Shown here in pieces: positions 26,101-38,100 of a stretch of DNA of 64,000 bases. Both the position numbers and the translations under genes were made by a program. This stretch comes from Laetmonice hystrix (Eukaryota). Location of the stretch: contig OZ249437.1 in NCBI GenBank assembly GCA_965235115.1, positions 30,194,001 through 30,258,000 on the forward strand. The letters run 5' to 3'. The first letter of the stretch is position 1; every line of letters begins with the position of its first letter. The notes below the pieces were generated by a model. It made no database searches and had not been told where the DNA came from. It was given only the letters and a program-made list of their open reading frames with translations.

Positions 26101-29100
26101 CCTCTTCCACCACAGCTCCGGTGTTTGCCATGTTTCTGGCTGTGATGAATTGGCCGGCAAATGACAGAGGACCACTCGTGGCCCATCATATCGTAAAACG
26201 ATGGGACGCATGTTTTTGTGCTCCGCCGAACGAACTAAAATGATTGCAAACCGGAGGGGATGTGGTGCACGTGTTAAAGACATTGTGTCTCCTTGCCAGG
26301 GCCACAGGAATGTCAAATGCATCTCCATTGGAAAAGTACCCTCGTTCCTGAGACCAGACTAGTTTTCAAGTTTCGCTTTTGAAATAAGCTTCATTTCCCT
26401 TAATATTAAATGCCGTTTATTTTCGGTGAAATGCGATTTTCTTCCTTGCCGTGTCGCCGAGATTGAAGAGGACCGATTCGTAATGTTTTTATTGATCGTC
26501 CACTTTCGGTTGTTGGGGCGGCCCAGTGATTCGCGCATTTTGACATGGTGAGATTGTCCAGGCGCAAGATGGCTCTGACGCCATAGAGCTCTCGGGCGTG
26601 ACGTATTTGTGGGGTGGGTTGTGGGGTGAGGCTGTGCCAACCCTCGCCACGCCTCTGCCACGGCCTCCCACTGTTTTCATTTGTGGCAGTGGCATTTAGG
26701 GAGACTTAAGTAATTGGATTCACCGTTGGACAAAAAAAATCATCTACACTGGAAACAGTATGGTGGAAAACAGTGGAAGGGATCATTCATTATTTGAGAT
26801 TTGAGAAAAGCAAGGGGGACGGATCATTTCCTGTCGGTCCCAGTGGAGGCAGTGAACAGGGGAGTGCCAGGACAGCCAGGCGGGCCTCCTATCCAAACAA
26901 GCAGCCAAGCGAGCGGAGTGGGGAAATGAAATGTACCGTCCCAACAGCACAATTGGTCAGGCTCGGAGCTCAGGAATCAGATAAGCCTGCGGCGCAATAT
27001 ACACATTATGATGGATGACCATGCCTGCAGATCCGTGAGAGATTTCCTGCTAAAAAATGGCCTCCATTCAAATTTTCCGGATGAAATGCAGAAGAGATTA
27101 GAGTGAGGCTCTTGTTTCCCCAGTGGGCAGGGTTGAAGTGGCTTACAGCAGCAGAAGGATTAGGGACTGACCGGTTTGGGTAATGAGTGATGGTTATCAA
27201 CAGTGAGACTTGGGCGCAGTGTTCTCTGCAAGGATCAACTGCTAACACACCATTGTCTGGTATGTGCCACACCATCACAAGCCGAACGGCCCAACCGTTG
27301 CCACCGAGCCAAGGCGGTACCGCGAGGCCCCGGCTTGCGGGCCCAAACACTGCCACCAGGCCTGAATAACAGCACACACAAATTGCTTTGCACAGACTTA
27401 AGCAGGCAACAGCGTTATTAAATCTCAAGCGCTGTAGACCATTGTAACCAGGTTGGGCAGCCGATCCTGTGGTTCGTACTGATATCGGGACTAACAAAGG
27501 CCGACAGACAAGTGACTGGGCACCAACGAGACTGAAACCATGGCTGTCTGACCCCGACAGCCTAATGGGCAGAACTCGGATGAACTTTGAGCCAGTTCTT
27601 TTTTAGCGCCACTCCATACCAATCGAAACAGCCACAACCATCTCATCAGTGAATACGTCTCCTTTAATGATTGCCTTAAGTTGTTTCCTGGCTGCAAGTC
27701 TGTCAAATTTTATAAGAGGGTCCTGTGGGGTGCCGTAAGGATCTCGGGCCCCATGGCTCATTTGTCAGAGCTTTTCTTTTTCGGAAATGGGCGGGAAAGA
27801 TCAGGATTTAATGGGTTAGTTAGTAATTGGAGGAGAAAAATTGGTGAGGAGCCAACGATCCATCAAGAGGGAGAGTTGGAGCCAGTCTGATGTGACCTCC
27901 CACAATCCGGCAGTGGGTCCCTCGTTGTGGGCAAGGCGGATCATTGCCATTATCGAATCAGTTGAAATGGGATGGATTTGGCTAGTTACGTGTTTGACAA
28001 GATTGTGCCGTTCATGTCTGTGAGGTTTGCCAGTGCGTGTTTTGAGCCCAAGAGAAACAAGTTTAGGGTCCACATTGGGAAGGCCTTGGCGGGGCATCAG
28101 CAGCAGGCCCTAGAACTGCCTGGCCTGCGCTCGGCTAGCTCCCACCGTCAATACCAGGCTGGATTACGGGGTTATGAGGATGGCTTTTTAACAGTGGCCC
28201 TGGCGCCTACTAATGTACCTATGACATACGCAGGAGCTTTTTGCAGTGGCCGGAGAACGGTTGGTGGGATCAGGAGAGCTTAGGCAAGTACGGAGCAGCT
28301 GCTTTTCTAAAGGCCGACTTGCCCGTGACCAGCCAGATTTTGAACACATCTCTCCATTCACTGAACATCACCATCCACTTCTGATATCTCACCCGTCAGT
28401 GTCCAGTCTGGTCCAGTCTGCCGCCACCATCAACTGACCACCCTCCCTGCAGAACTGGCCATCTGTCAGTCTCTCTGCCGAGGGTACCTGCATGCCATGG
28501 ACGGGACGCAGAGCCAAGGATTGCGATCAGCAGACGGAGAAGAGATTTGGCGGGAGCCGGTCGTCAGTTATGGAGCAGCGGCTGGGACTGTCCCAGCTAA
28601 AACTGGAGGCCGAACCGGTACTGTACGGTCCTCGGACGGACTGTCCGCCAGGATGAGGAGGCCAGCCAGTCATCGTCCTCCCGAGGTGAGTCAGTCAGCC
28701 ACATCCTCGGGACGTGGGCGGCGGGCGGGAATATAATCTGTGTCAGCATAGTCACTGACTTGAGTCAGACACACCCGAACCAGTGCTGAATCCTCAAATC
28801 TGATCATGATGGCAACGGGCAACATTCCTGCATGAGTGGCCAGTCGGGGTGGACAAGTGGGCGTCGGCAGTCTGCATGGCTGCAACTTCTGGCCGAGTAA
28901 CCAACGTCATCGCAATCACAGCACTTTCCGCACATATCGGCACCAAGGTCACGGAAGCGGAAGGCGGGCGGGGAAATGCACAGATATTGCGATAAGAAAC
29001 GGCAATGGAAAGATAGCACAGCGAGATAAAAGGCCGCGATATTGAACTCCTGAGAAGGCGAGATTTGGGTGGTGAATTGATGGGCTTTATGGAGGAGGCA

Positions 29101-32100
29101 CGGGGACAAGTGCAGTGGTCCACCAGACAGAGCCTGTTGTCTTGACAAGGGCGGGCGCAGGCGCAGTGGCCAGTCACGTCAGGACGGGCCGGCTGCGGGC
29201 AGACGTGTCTGGTCGATCACACGTCCAACATTTGTCGTGGCAGGAGTGGCCGTATCGGGGCCGGCCTGTCGCGATCGGTCGTGGAGATAAGTAAGACCTC
29301 GTACAGGACATCCTGTCGCCTGGCACCACGGCTGGCGGCTCCACACGTCCGAGCAGCCAGAGTCGGTCAGTCTACAGGAGATGATAGCTACCAGAAACAG
29401 GTGAAATCGACAAACTTCACCGTCTGTGTCATATGGCAGAATTCACCGTTTGTGGGCAAGGACCAAGGATCCCTGTGTGCGTCTTCATCAGATGGCTGTC
29501 GGTGCAAGAACATGTATATTGACTTGAAAGTAATTTGATCATGTCTGAGGGAAGGATGGAGGAGGAAGAAGTTGTGTTTAACGGCAGCTTTATTCGAGTC
29601 TGCATCGTTTTATAGTCTGGTACTGAGAAAAGGACATGACCTTAGGCCTTCCTTTATTGATGATTTACACCTTCTGATGAAGACAATTGAATTTCTCCAC
29701 AGCTCCACCTTGACTGTTGGTGGCGAGCAAGTCGGCCATGTTTGTCGTGTAAACTGCTGAGTCATGGTGGTTCCAAACCAGGCGGCTGGCGGTTGGCGGC
29801 CCCGGGAGGATTCCGACCATCCAAATTAAGTCAGAGAAAGCATGTTAGGCATTTTGGGTTACGGGCTCATACAATGGCCATACTGTGACCTGTATAAAGA
29901 ATGGGCGTTTCAAGCACTTTGTATTGAGATCGAACAGTGTGACTAACGAAGTGACTCTTGCCGAGACCATTATTGTTTCATTCTGACCTCTCATTGACCT
30001 TTACTAATAAAATTGTTGTGGTGACGTCGAGGTGCAGTTATCCCGATTGTCACGAACGTTTGGGTTCATCTTGACATTAGATGGTGGCATGGCCTTTTTT
30101 TGTCACCTGCTTTATTGGGCCGTTATTTTTCTGATACTGAATATGGGCCCAGTTAAGTTCCACACTACATCTCTGTGTAAGTGGAGGTCATGATCAGGTT
30201 CCCCTCCCCTCCATGACAAGTGATTTATGGGCTGCAATAATATGACCAATATGCCATCATGGAATGCTGGATCTCTAGCACATTGCCATTAGTTTCCCCT
30301 TGTTGACCTGGGAATTTCATCAAAACGCCGAATAGGCAAGGCCCAAATTGGCAACCTAGGACCATTTGACGTGGGTGCTTCAGTGTGGGGCAGTCTAAGT
30401 CATAATGGGCATGATGAAGTGGGTGCTTTACGGTGGATCAGTCCAGAAAAAGTGGGTGTTTCACTGTGGGTCAAACCTGGCCATGGTAAAGTGGGTGTTT
30501 TGCTGTGGGTCAAACCTGGCCGTGGTAAAGTGGGTGTTTCACTGTGGGTCAAACCTGGCCGTGGTAAAGTGGGTGTTTCGCTGTGGGTCAAACCTGGCCA
30601 TGGTAAAGTGGGTGTTTCGCTGTGGGTCAAAACTGGCCATGGTAAAGTGGGTGTTTCGCTGTGGGTCAAACCTGGCCATGGTAAAGTGGGTGTTTCACTG
30701 TGGGACAAACCTGGCCGTGATAGAGTGGGTGTTTCGTTGTGGGTCAAACCTGGCTGTGGTAAAGTAAATGTTTCGGTTTGGGACAGACCTGGCGATGAGA
30801 CGGTTGCTCTTTCTCTGTGGAATAGACCCTGTCGTGGCAAAGTGACTGTTTCACTGAGGAACAACGCTGACCATGATACAGTAACTGTTTCACTGTGGGA
30901 CAGGCCTGGCCATGATACAGTAACTGTTTCACTGTGGGACAGGCCTGGCCATGATACAGTGACTGTCACTGTGCTACAGGCCTGGCCATGATACAGTGAC
31001 TGTCACTGTGCTACAGGCCTGGCTATGATAAAGTAACTGTTCCACTCTGGGACAAGGCTGGCTATGATAAAGTAACTGTTTCACTGTGGGACAGGCCTGG
31101 CCATGATACAGTGACTGTCACTGTGGGACAGGCCTGGCCATGATACAGTGACTGTCACTGTGGGACAGGCTTGGCCATGATACAGTGACTGTCACTGTGG
31201 GACAGGCCTGGCCATGATACAGTGACTGTCACTGTGGGACAGGCCTGGCCATGATACAGTGACTGTCACTGTGGGACAGGCTTGGCCATGATACAGTGAC
31301 TGTCACTGTGGGACAGGCCTGGCCATGATACAGTGACTGTCACTGTGGGACAGGCCTGGCCATGATACAGTGACTGTCACTGTGGGACAGGCCTGGCCAT
31401 GATACAGTGACTGTCACTGTGGGACAGGCTTGGCCATGATACAGTGACTGTCACTGTGGGACAGGCCTGGCCATGATAAAGTAACTGTTCCACTGTGGGA
31501 CAAGGCTGGCTATGATAAAGTAACTGTTTCACTGTGGGACAGGCCTGGCCATGATACAGTGACTGTCACTGTGGGACAGGCCTGGCCATGATAAAGTAAC
31601 TGTTCCACTGTGGGACAAGGCTGGCTATGATAAAGTAACTGTTCCACTGTGGGACAAGGCTGGCTATGATACAGTGACTTTCACTGTGGGACAGGCCTGG
31701 CCATGATACAGTGACTGTCACTGTGGGACAGGCTTGGCCATGATACAGTGACTGTGGGACAGGCCTGGTCCTGATACACTGACTTTCACTGTGGGACAGG
31801 CCTGGCCATGATACAGTGACTGTTTCACTGTGGGACAGACTTGGCCATGATACAGTGACTGTCACTGTGGGAAAGGCCTGGTCATGAAACACTGACTTTC
31901 ACTGTGGGACAGGCCTGGTCATGATACACTGACTTTCACTGTGGGACAGGCCTGGTCATGATACACTGACTTTCACTGTGGGACAGACTTGGCCATGATA
32001 CAGTGACTTTCACTGTGGGACAGGCCTGGCCATGATACAGTGACTTTCACTGTGGGACAGGCCTGGCCATGATACAGTGACTGTTTCACTGTGGGACAGG

Positions 32101-35100
32101 CCTGGCCATGATAAAGTAACGGTTTCACTGTGGGACAGGCCTGGCCATGATACAGTGACTGTTTCACTGTGGGACAGGCCTGGCCATGATACAGTGACTG
32201 TCACTGTGGGACAGGCCTGGCCATGATACAGTGACTGTCACTGTGGGACAGGCCTGGCCATGATACAGTGACTGTCACTGTGGGACAGGCTTGGCCATGA
32301 TACAGTGACTGTCACTGTGGGACAGGCCTGGCCATGATACAGTGACTGTCACTGTGGGACAGGCCTGGCCATGATACAGTGACTGTCACTGTGGGACAGG
32401 CCTGGCCATAAAACAGTGACTGCCACTGTGGGACAGGCCAGTCAGCAGAGGCCATGATACAGTGACTGTTTCACTGTGGGACAACGCTGGCCAGACAACA
32501 GTGATGGCGGTCCAAACCGTGCGGCTGTGGCAGCCCCTGTGTGCCGCCAATATTAGATCAAGAAGGAAGGTGTCGCGTCGCTTTGTAATCAGCCTTGGTT
32601 GTGTGCTTGTACGCCCCTCATGGACAGAATCGGCAGGTGTCGTGGCAAGGCTAGACAGTAGGATGTACAGTTTGCCATCCGAGAACATTGGTCATTGAGA
32701 TTTTGAAACAAGTTTTGAGTCAGAGTGGAAAGAGCTTCTTAAAATGTTCGGATAAAGCGTCATATACACGAGTCGGCACGGCCTGCCGATTTTAGCCTTC
32801 GACGGGTATGGTTGGCTGAAGTAGTACAGAAATTAAAAATACGTGCTTCCAGATATTCGAATAAAATAATGACATTCGATATCATATTTGTGTCTACATT
32901 AAACCAACTACTTAGAAGGCAGTTTTACATTTTGTAATATTTTTGAAGTCGGGATGTAAATTGTGAGGAACAAAGACAAACCAGGGTATGCATCATCTGT
33001 GTGTTGTCTGGTCAGGGAAATCGGATTTTGTCTCTCAGTAATATTTGTCAACGTTCTCAGTTGGTTCCGTTAGCAGTGATACTCGAGCGTATTTGCTAAC
33101 CTTTGTCGTGTTTTATGTGTTACAGATGATGAAGAATGTGATAGAGAATCCGTCAGAGCCTATAAGTGATGCTTCCTACTTTGAATGTCTGGATGGAGTC
33201 ATGGACAAATCTAAGGTAGGCAGTGACTTCATCATAGAGTCGAAATCGGCCGGTGGAAGTGATAGAGCAGTAGATCCTTGAAAAGAAAGCTGGTTTTGAG
33301 GATTGACTAAATGAGATAATGCCCGGTTACGTATTATTTGTTTTATTATTTGTAGAGAGAGGACAGTATTGGGAGTAATAGTGAGAGTGTGGCGGTATGA
33401 GTACTGTGTACTCACTGGGTCTGACCAATCGGTGGCCACGCTTCAGACGGCTGGCTTGCCAGGTTTCTATGGTGACACTGCTTACTGAGGCTGTCCCACC
33501 GGACACCCACCCTGACCGTAAAACAATTATGTGAGCTTTGTCACGACAGGCTCATCTCACATGGTGCTTATGTGGCCTGAGTCAACGGAACAAAGGTCAC
33601 TGAGACGTTAGTGTCGCCTCTACAAACATGTTCTAGTGAAACCCAACCCCAGGTAATCAGGCCCGTCCGAGTCTCTGCACTGTTGTACAAAATCGTGTAA
33701 AACGAGATTGAAGTCCCTGTTCTCCTGTGTAGTGTTGTACAGAATCTGGGCACACATCTATTGTGCTAGATGCTGTATAAAAACCGGCCAAAGAGGCCCT
33801 CTCTGTTTCCGGTCAAAGAGGCCCTGTCTGTTCTCCTAGATGCTCTATAAAACCCGGTCACAGAGACCCTCTCTGTTCAGTTGGCTGCTATGCAAAACAG
33901 GGTGAAATCAATGTCGAAGAGGTTATTTACGGCTTTCAAATTATTGAAATGAAACCTGAACTGTTGTGATTTTTTAATGTATTTTATATTTACCACTGGC
34001 TAAGGATTTATATCTATATAATCTAAAACCATAATGAATGATATACCCGATCACTGGAACTGTATTTTGCTGTAGAAAATCGAATCATAATTTTTTTCGG
34101 AGTATTTTGTCAGAGTGCCGTTCTATTGTCTTTCAGCCATGAAAGTTTAAAAGAACCATTCTGTGACTTCGCCTTCTGTATAAAACATGTAGATTGTGAT
34201 AGTAGAGGAGAAAAACCGCAGTATTATAGAGTGAGTGAATATCTTTGTGTGAAAGCTGTTGTCCAGCAACAAAGCACTTGCCTATATTTCATCAGGTAAA
34301 ACCCATCCATTGTGAGGAGATTGAATGATTAATAGCGAGCTACTGGGACGGTGTTAGTGGAATGATTCCTGCTCTGTGACAAACTCTATGGAGTGGACCA
34401 ATGCATAGTTTCTTTGATGTGAACGAGTGAGTGATATCTGTGTGTGTGTGTTTCCTTGCCATCCTTCCTATCTCCTCCTCTTGCTTCTCTCAATCTCTCA
34501 TCAGAGGCTTGGAGACGTGTCACAGCCACTGACATATCAACGTAACGACAGTCCAGGGAGCGGGCCTCATCCCGGGGTGTTGGATTGATGATCCAGCCGT
34601 GATTTGATCCCGGCATTATCATGAATACGAGGCGTACTCCGACTTGGCACAATGTAGTTACACAATCAGCCGTACAAAGAACGGCTCATGAAAGATTAAA
34701 AGACGTTTTGTCTTGTCGCGTGTGGGTAAGGATTGCCTGGGGCTGGCTGGGTGTGCGTGCGTGTTGAACGTCTTAACTACGGTTGTGTGTGCCGAGCGTG
34801 CCACTCTCTCGGCGTCCTCGCCCTCCTTGTACATTTGGCAGATGGCGTCACTGATTTAGACGTAATGACGTGGATGAACGCTATCTTTTATTTACACGTC
34901 ATACTGGGACGTCATTTGGGGTTGGGTGTGTAAAAATCAACACGTTTGGTTGTCCTTGACAAAGATGGTAGTGTTGTGGAGGTGGTTATTCAATATTGGA
35001 ACAGCTATATCTGAGGAGGCATTTTGATAGATAATATTTCATGATTAGTGAAAGGGAATGTTTGGTGTACAAGATGGAAATGATGATTGTATGGCATGTT

Positions 35101-38100
35101 TGTAGAGAGTGTTGTTTTGTTTCCAGTCGCTGGGCCAGTCTATGACAGGGATAAGTAACCACGCCAAACATGGCGAACTGGATCAGTTTTGTGACTCGGT
35201 GGCCAATTTTGCAACTGCAGTTTGTGGACTCACCGAAAATTCAGCACAGGTACGTTTAACAGTATTTATGTGGCTTGAAGGTAAATAATTAATTTGTGTT
35301 GATGTATTAATCACAGCTGCAGTGGGTTTTCTGTCATTATCATTTTCACTTTAAAGAGAAAGTTTAATGTCGCTGACAGAATTTTGTTTATCCGTTTCCC
35401 ACCAGGCGGCGTACCTTGTGGGGATCTCGGACCCGGCCAGTCAACCAGGCCGACCCGGACTGGTTGACCAGTCTCAGTTTGCTCGAGCCAACCAGGCCAT
35501 CCAGATGGCCTGTCAGAACCTCACCAATCCAGCCTCCACCCAACAACAGGTAGGCGTCTATACGTCATACTGCTGTGATAATGTAGTGTGGCGCAGAGCT
35601 ATATATAAAACCTAGATTAATATGGCCTGAGAAAAGTTCGTCATTTCAGTCGTTTGTGTTCTGAATGTTTGTAATAATATTGTAGAGCATGATTGTATAT
35701 TTTCTGCTCAACTTATTTCAGTCAAAGATTATCTGTTGTGGTTATTTCTTTTAAATAATTTCCCTTAATGATTTTGTCCGTTATGGTATCTTATATTCGG
35801 GTAGCTCTAGCCTAAAAAATAGTAGTGTTACTAATTTCTTCAGTTTTGATACCCCTACGTTTGGAATGATGTCTTTTTTTAAATAATTTTGAAGATAACA
35901 ATATCCAGTAAGACAATAGAAAAGTTCCTTTTTGACCAAGTGAAATTGACAGTTTTTTGAGTTATTTGTTCTCAGTCCATCGAGTAATTGCATCGTAGTA
36001 GTAGCAATTCCCTGATTAATATCCAGATTAGAATGTCAGAACCCTACTTAGACAGACAATAACTTTGACATTTTGCCTACCAAGGACTTTAAAGCCATGG
36101 TAAGGAGCCATGTTGACACAATTCAGTTTCATATGTTTGGTTTCCTTACTAATCTCCTGCATGGATTATGAATGTTTCGTTTAGCTTTGTTGCTGGTTGC
36201 CAGTATGCCTCTGTTTCCGTAGATCTATGTGTATTATTTTGGTGTTATCTTGTGTTTTAGTCATTTGTCGTGTTTACCTGGGGACCATTCATTATTTGCA
36301 GTGGATTTATTTTGTACTTGCATCCAGGTTGGCATTCGCATTGGAGATTGCTTGTAGCTCAGAAAACATTGCAAATGTTAAACCAACAGACACTATGCTT
36401 TTGTAAACATTGGCTGCATGTTTTCCTATTAGATCTCTAATGGACATGGTTGGAAATAATGTTGAGAATATCCACAAGAAGAAAGAAATTTCACCCGAGC
36501 GTTGCAATCCTGGAAAATGTGAAAGGTTGTTGGTTTGCAGAAAATATCTCCCTTAATGGTTCCCGCAAGGAAACTATCACTTTACACCGAGTATCACTTG
36601 CTACGTTAACATGCCTTTTGAATCGAACGAATATTGTTAAGTGAGACTTAAAATAATCTATGGTCCTCAGCTGCATGTTTTGCAAGTCCGTGTGTGCTGG
36701 TTATGACTTGCACATTGTTATTACTGTTTTGTGCCAGAACCCCGAGATGCCGCTAGTTCAGCAGTACAGATGGGTAAACTACGATAAATTTTTAGCTTTG
36801 CTGTAGAACCCTTCATTGTATTCCCGTATTGGTCCACTGGTAGTTTGGGAGTATCTCCATTGTGGATTATACGTTGTATAATAGACCTTACCCACGTATG
36901 GTAGCCCCAGTCCGTTCATCCGCCCCCCCCCTCCCTTCCCAGCCCCACCTATCCAACCATCCCTTCTCCTGTCTTACCAATCAGCAAGCTTTGGGTGGTC
37001 TCCCAGTACTTGTATTGTGACCTGCCTATCCAAAGTTTTGGTGTTAACGGGGAACTGATGTTATATGTACGGTGATAATGTGGTTATGAGCCTGTATATT
37101 TAAATGGTGTATCGATAAGATCAGTGATGTTTTGATGGCGTATTTTTATGGCATGAATTGGTGAAGTTGGCATGAAAGATCTGCGAGAACCTTATAGAGA
37201 CAAAGATATGTTTTATTTGATGTCGCAACTTCGAGGTTTCCAATATAGTGTCAACCCCCCCCCCCCCCCCCTCAAAAAGACGCATCTATGTGCGGCCCGC
37301 CCAAACCTAACAGAGCATGGTTGGGTCCTCAGGCAAGGGCAGGGGAAATAATCATTACCCCCAATAGCTTTAAATCAACTTTTACCAATAAGAATCGCGT
37401 ATTTGTATTATTGAGTTCGCACTAGTTAGTTGATTTGACTTTGCTCATGAACGGGCCCATAATGAGACCTACCACCAGGTTTATCCGTTATATCTCTGGG
37501 AGCACATATCTGTGTATAATTAATATACTCGTCATTGAGTCGTAATATTTCCACTTCTGTAAAGGCACATGTACGCCTACACAAAGTGCTAGAGGTAAGC
37601 GAAGCCAGGGTGTGAAGTTTGACTTGAACATGATCGTGGTGTCACTGCTGGCTGGACCAGCTTCTATCTCAAACTAGCGTGAAACTTTCATCTTCTTGTA
37701 CTAATAGACGGTTCATTATACTCTATCGCTGCTACACCTTGCTACAGTATTGGGGTGTTAAAAGTGTTAGAATATTCTTCAGTGAATGAGGTGCTAACTG
37801 AATTTGTAATAGTTTTCATTGCCGAAACAATATGTCAGTTAATTTTATGGATTTTTAAATTTAGCATTTTAAAAAGCTGAGAGATCTGAATCCGTAAGGA
37901 AATCTGCCATACATACATTTCTATAGCCAACTGAGTAAGGTCTGTTGTAGAATTGCCAACTTCACACAATGCCAGTAGATTTAAAAATAAGGAACTTGTA
38001 ACTTTGGTTCCCAATGGTATTAAAGAGGTAGTTTGGGTTAAAATATCGCCACTTAAGAATATGCCCATTTTTTACGAAGGCGGATACGAGTATGTACAGG

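Noticed and set aside
22885-27667. TTAAAGGAGA...TCTCCTTTAA pair suggesting a TTAA-target (Kolobok-like) element
   Set aside because: The inverted match is only 10 bp and there is no transposase remnant between the ends.
30371-32505. CRISPR-like appearance of palindromic ~37-bp repeats, and the 189-206 aa repeat ORFs
   Set aside because: Units are head-to-tail with no unique spacers, there are no cas genes, the context is a eukaryotic intron, and 37-bp units break frame.
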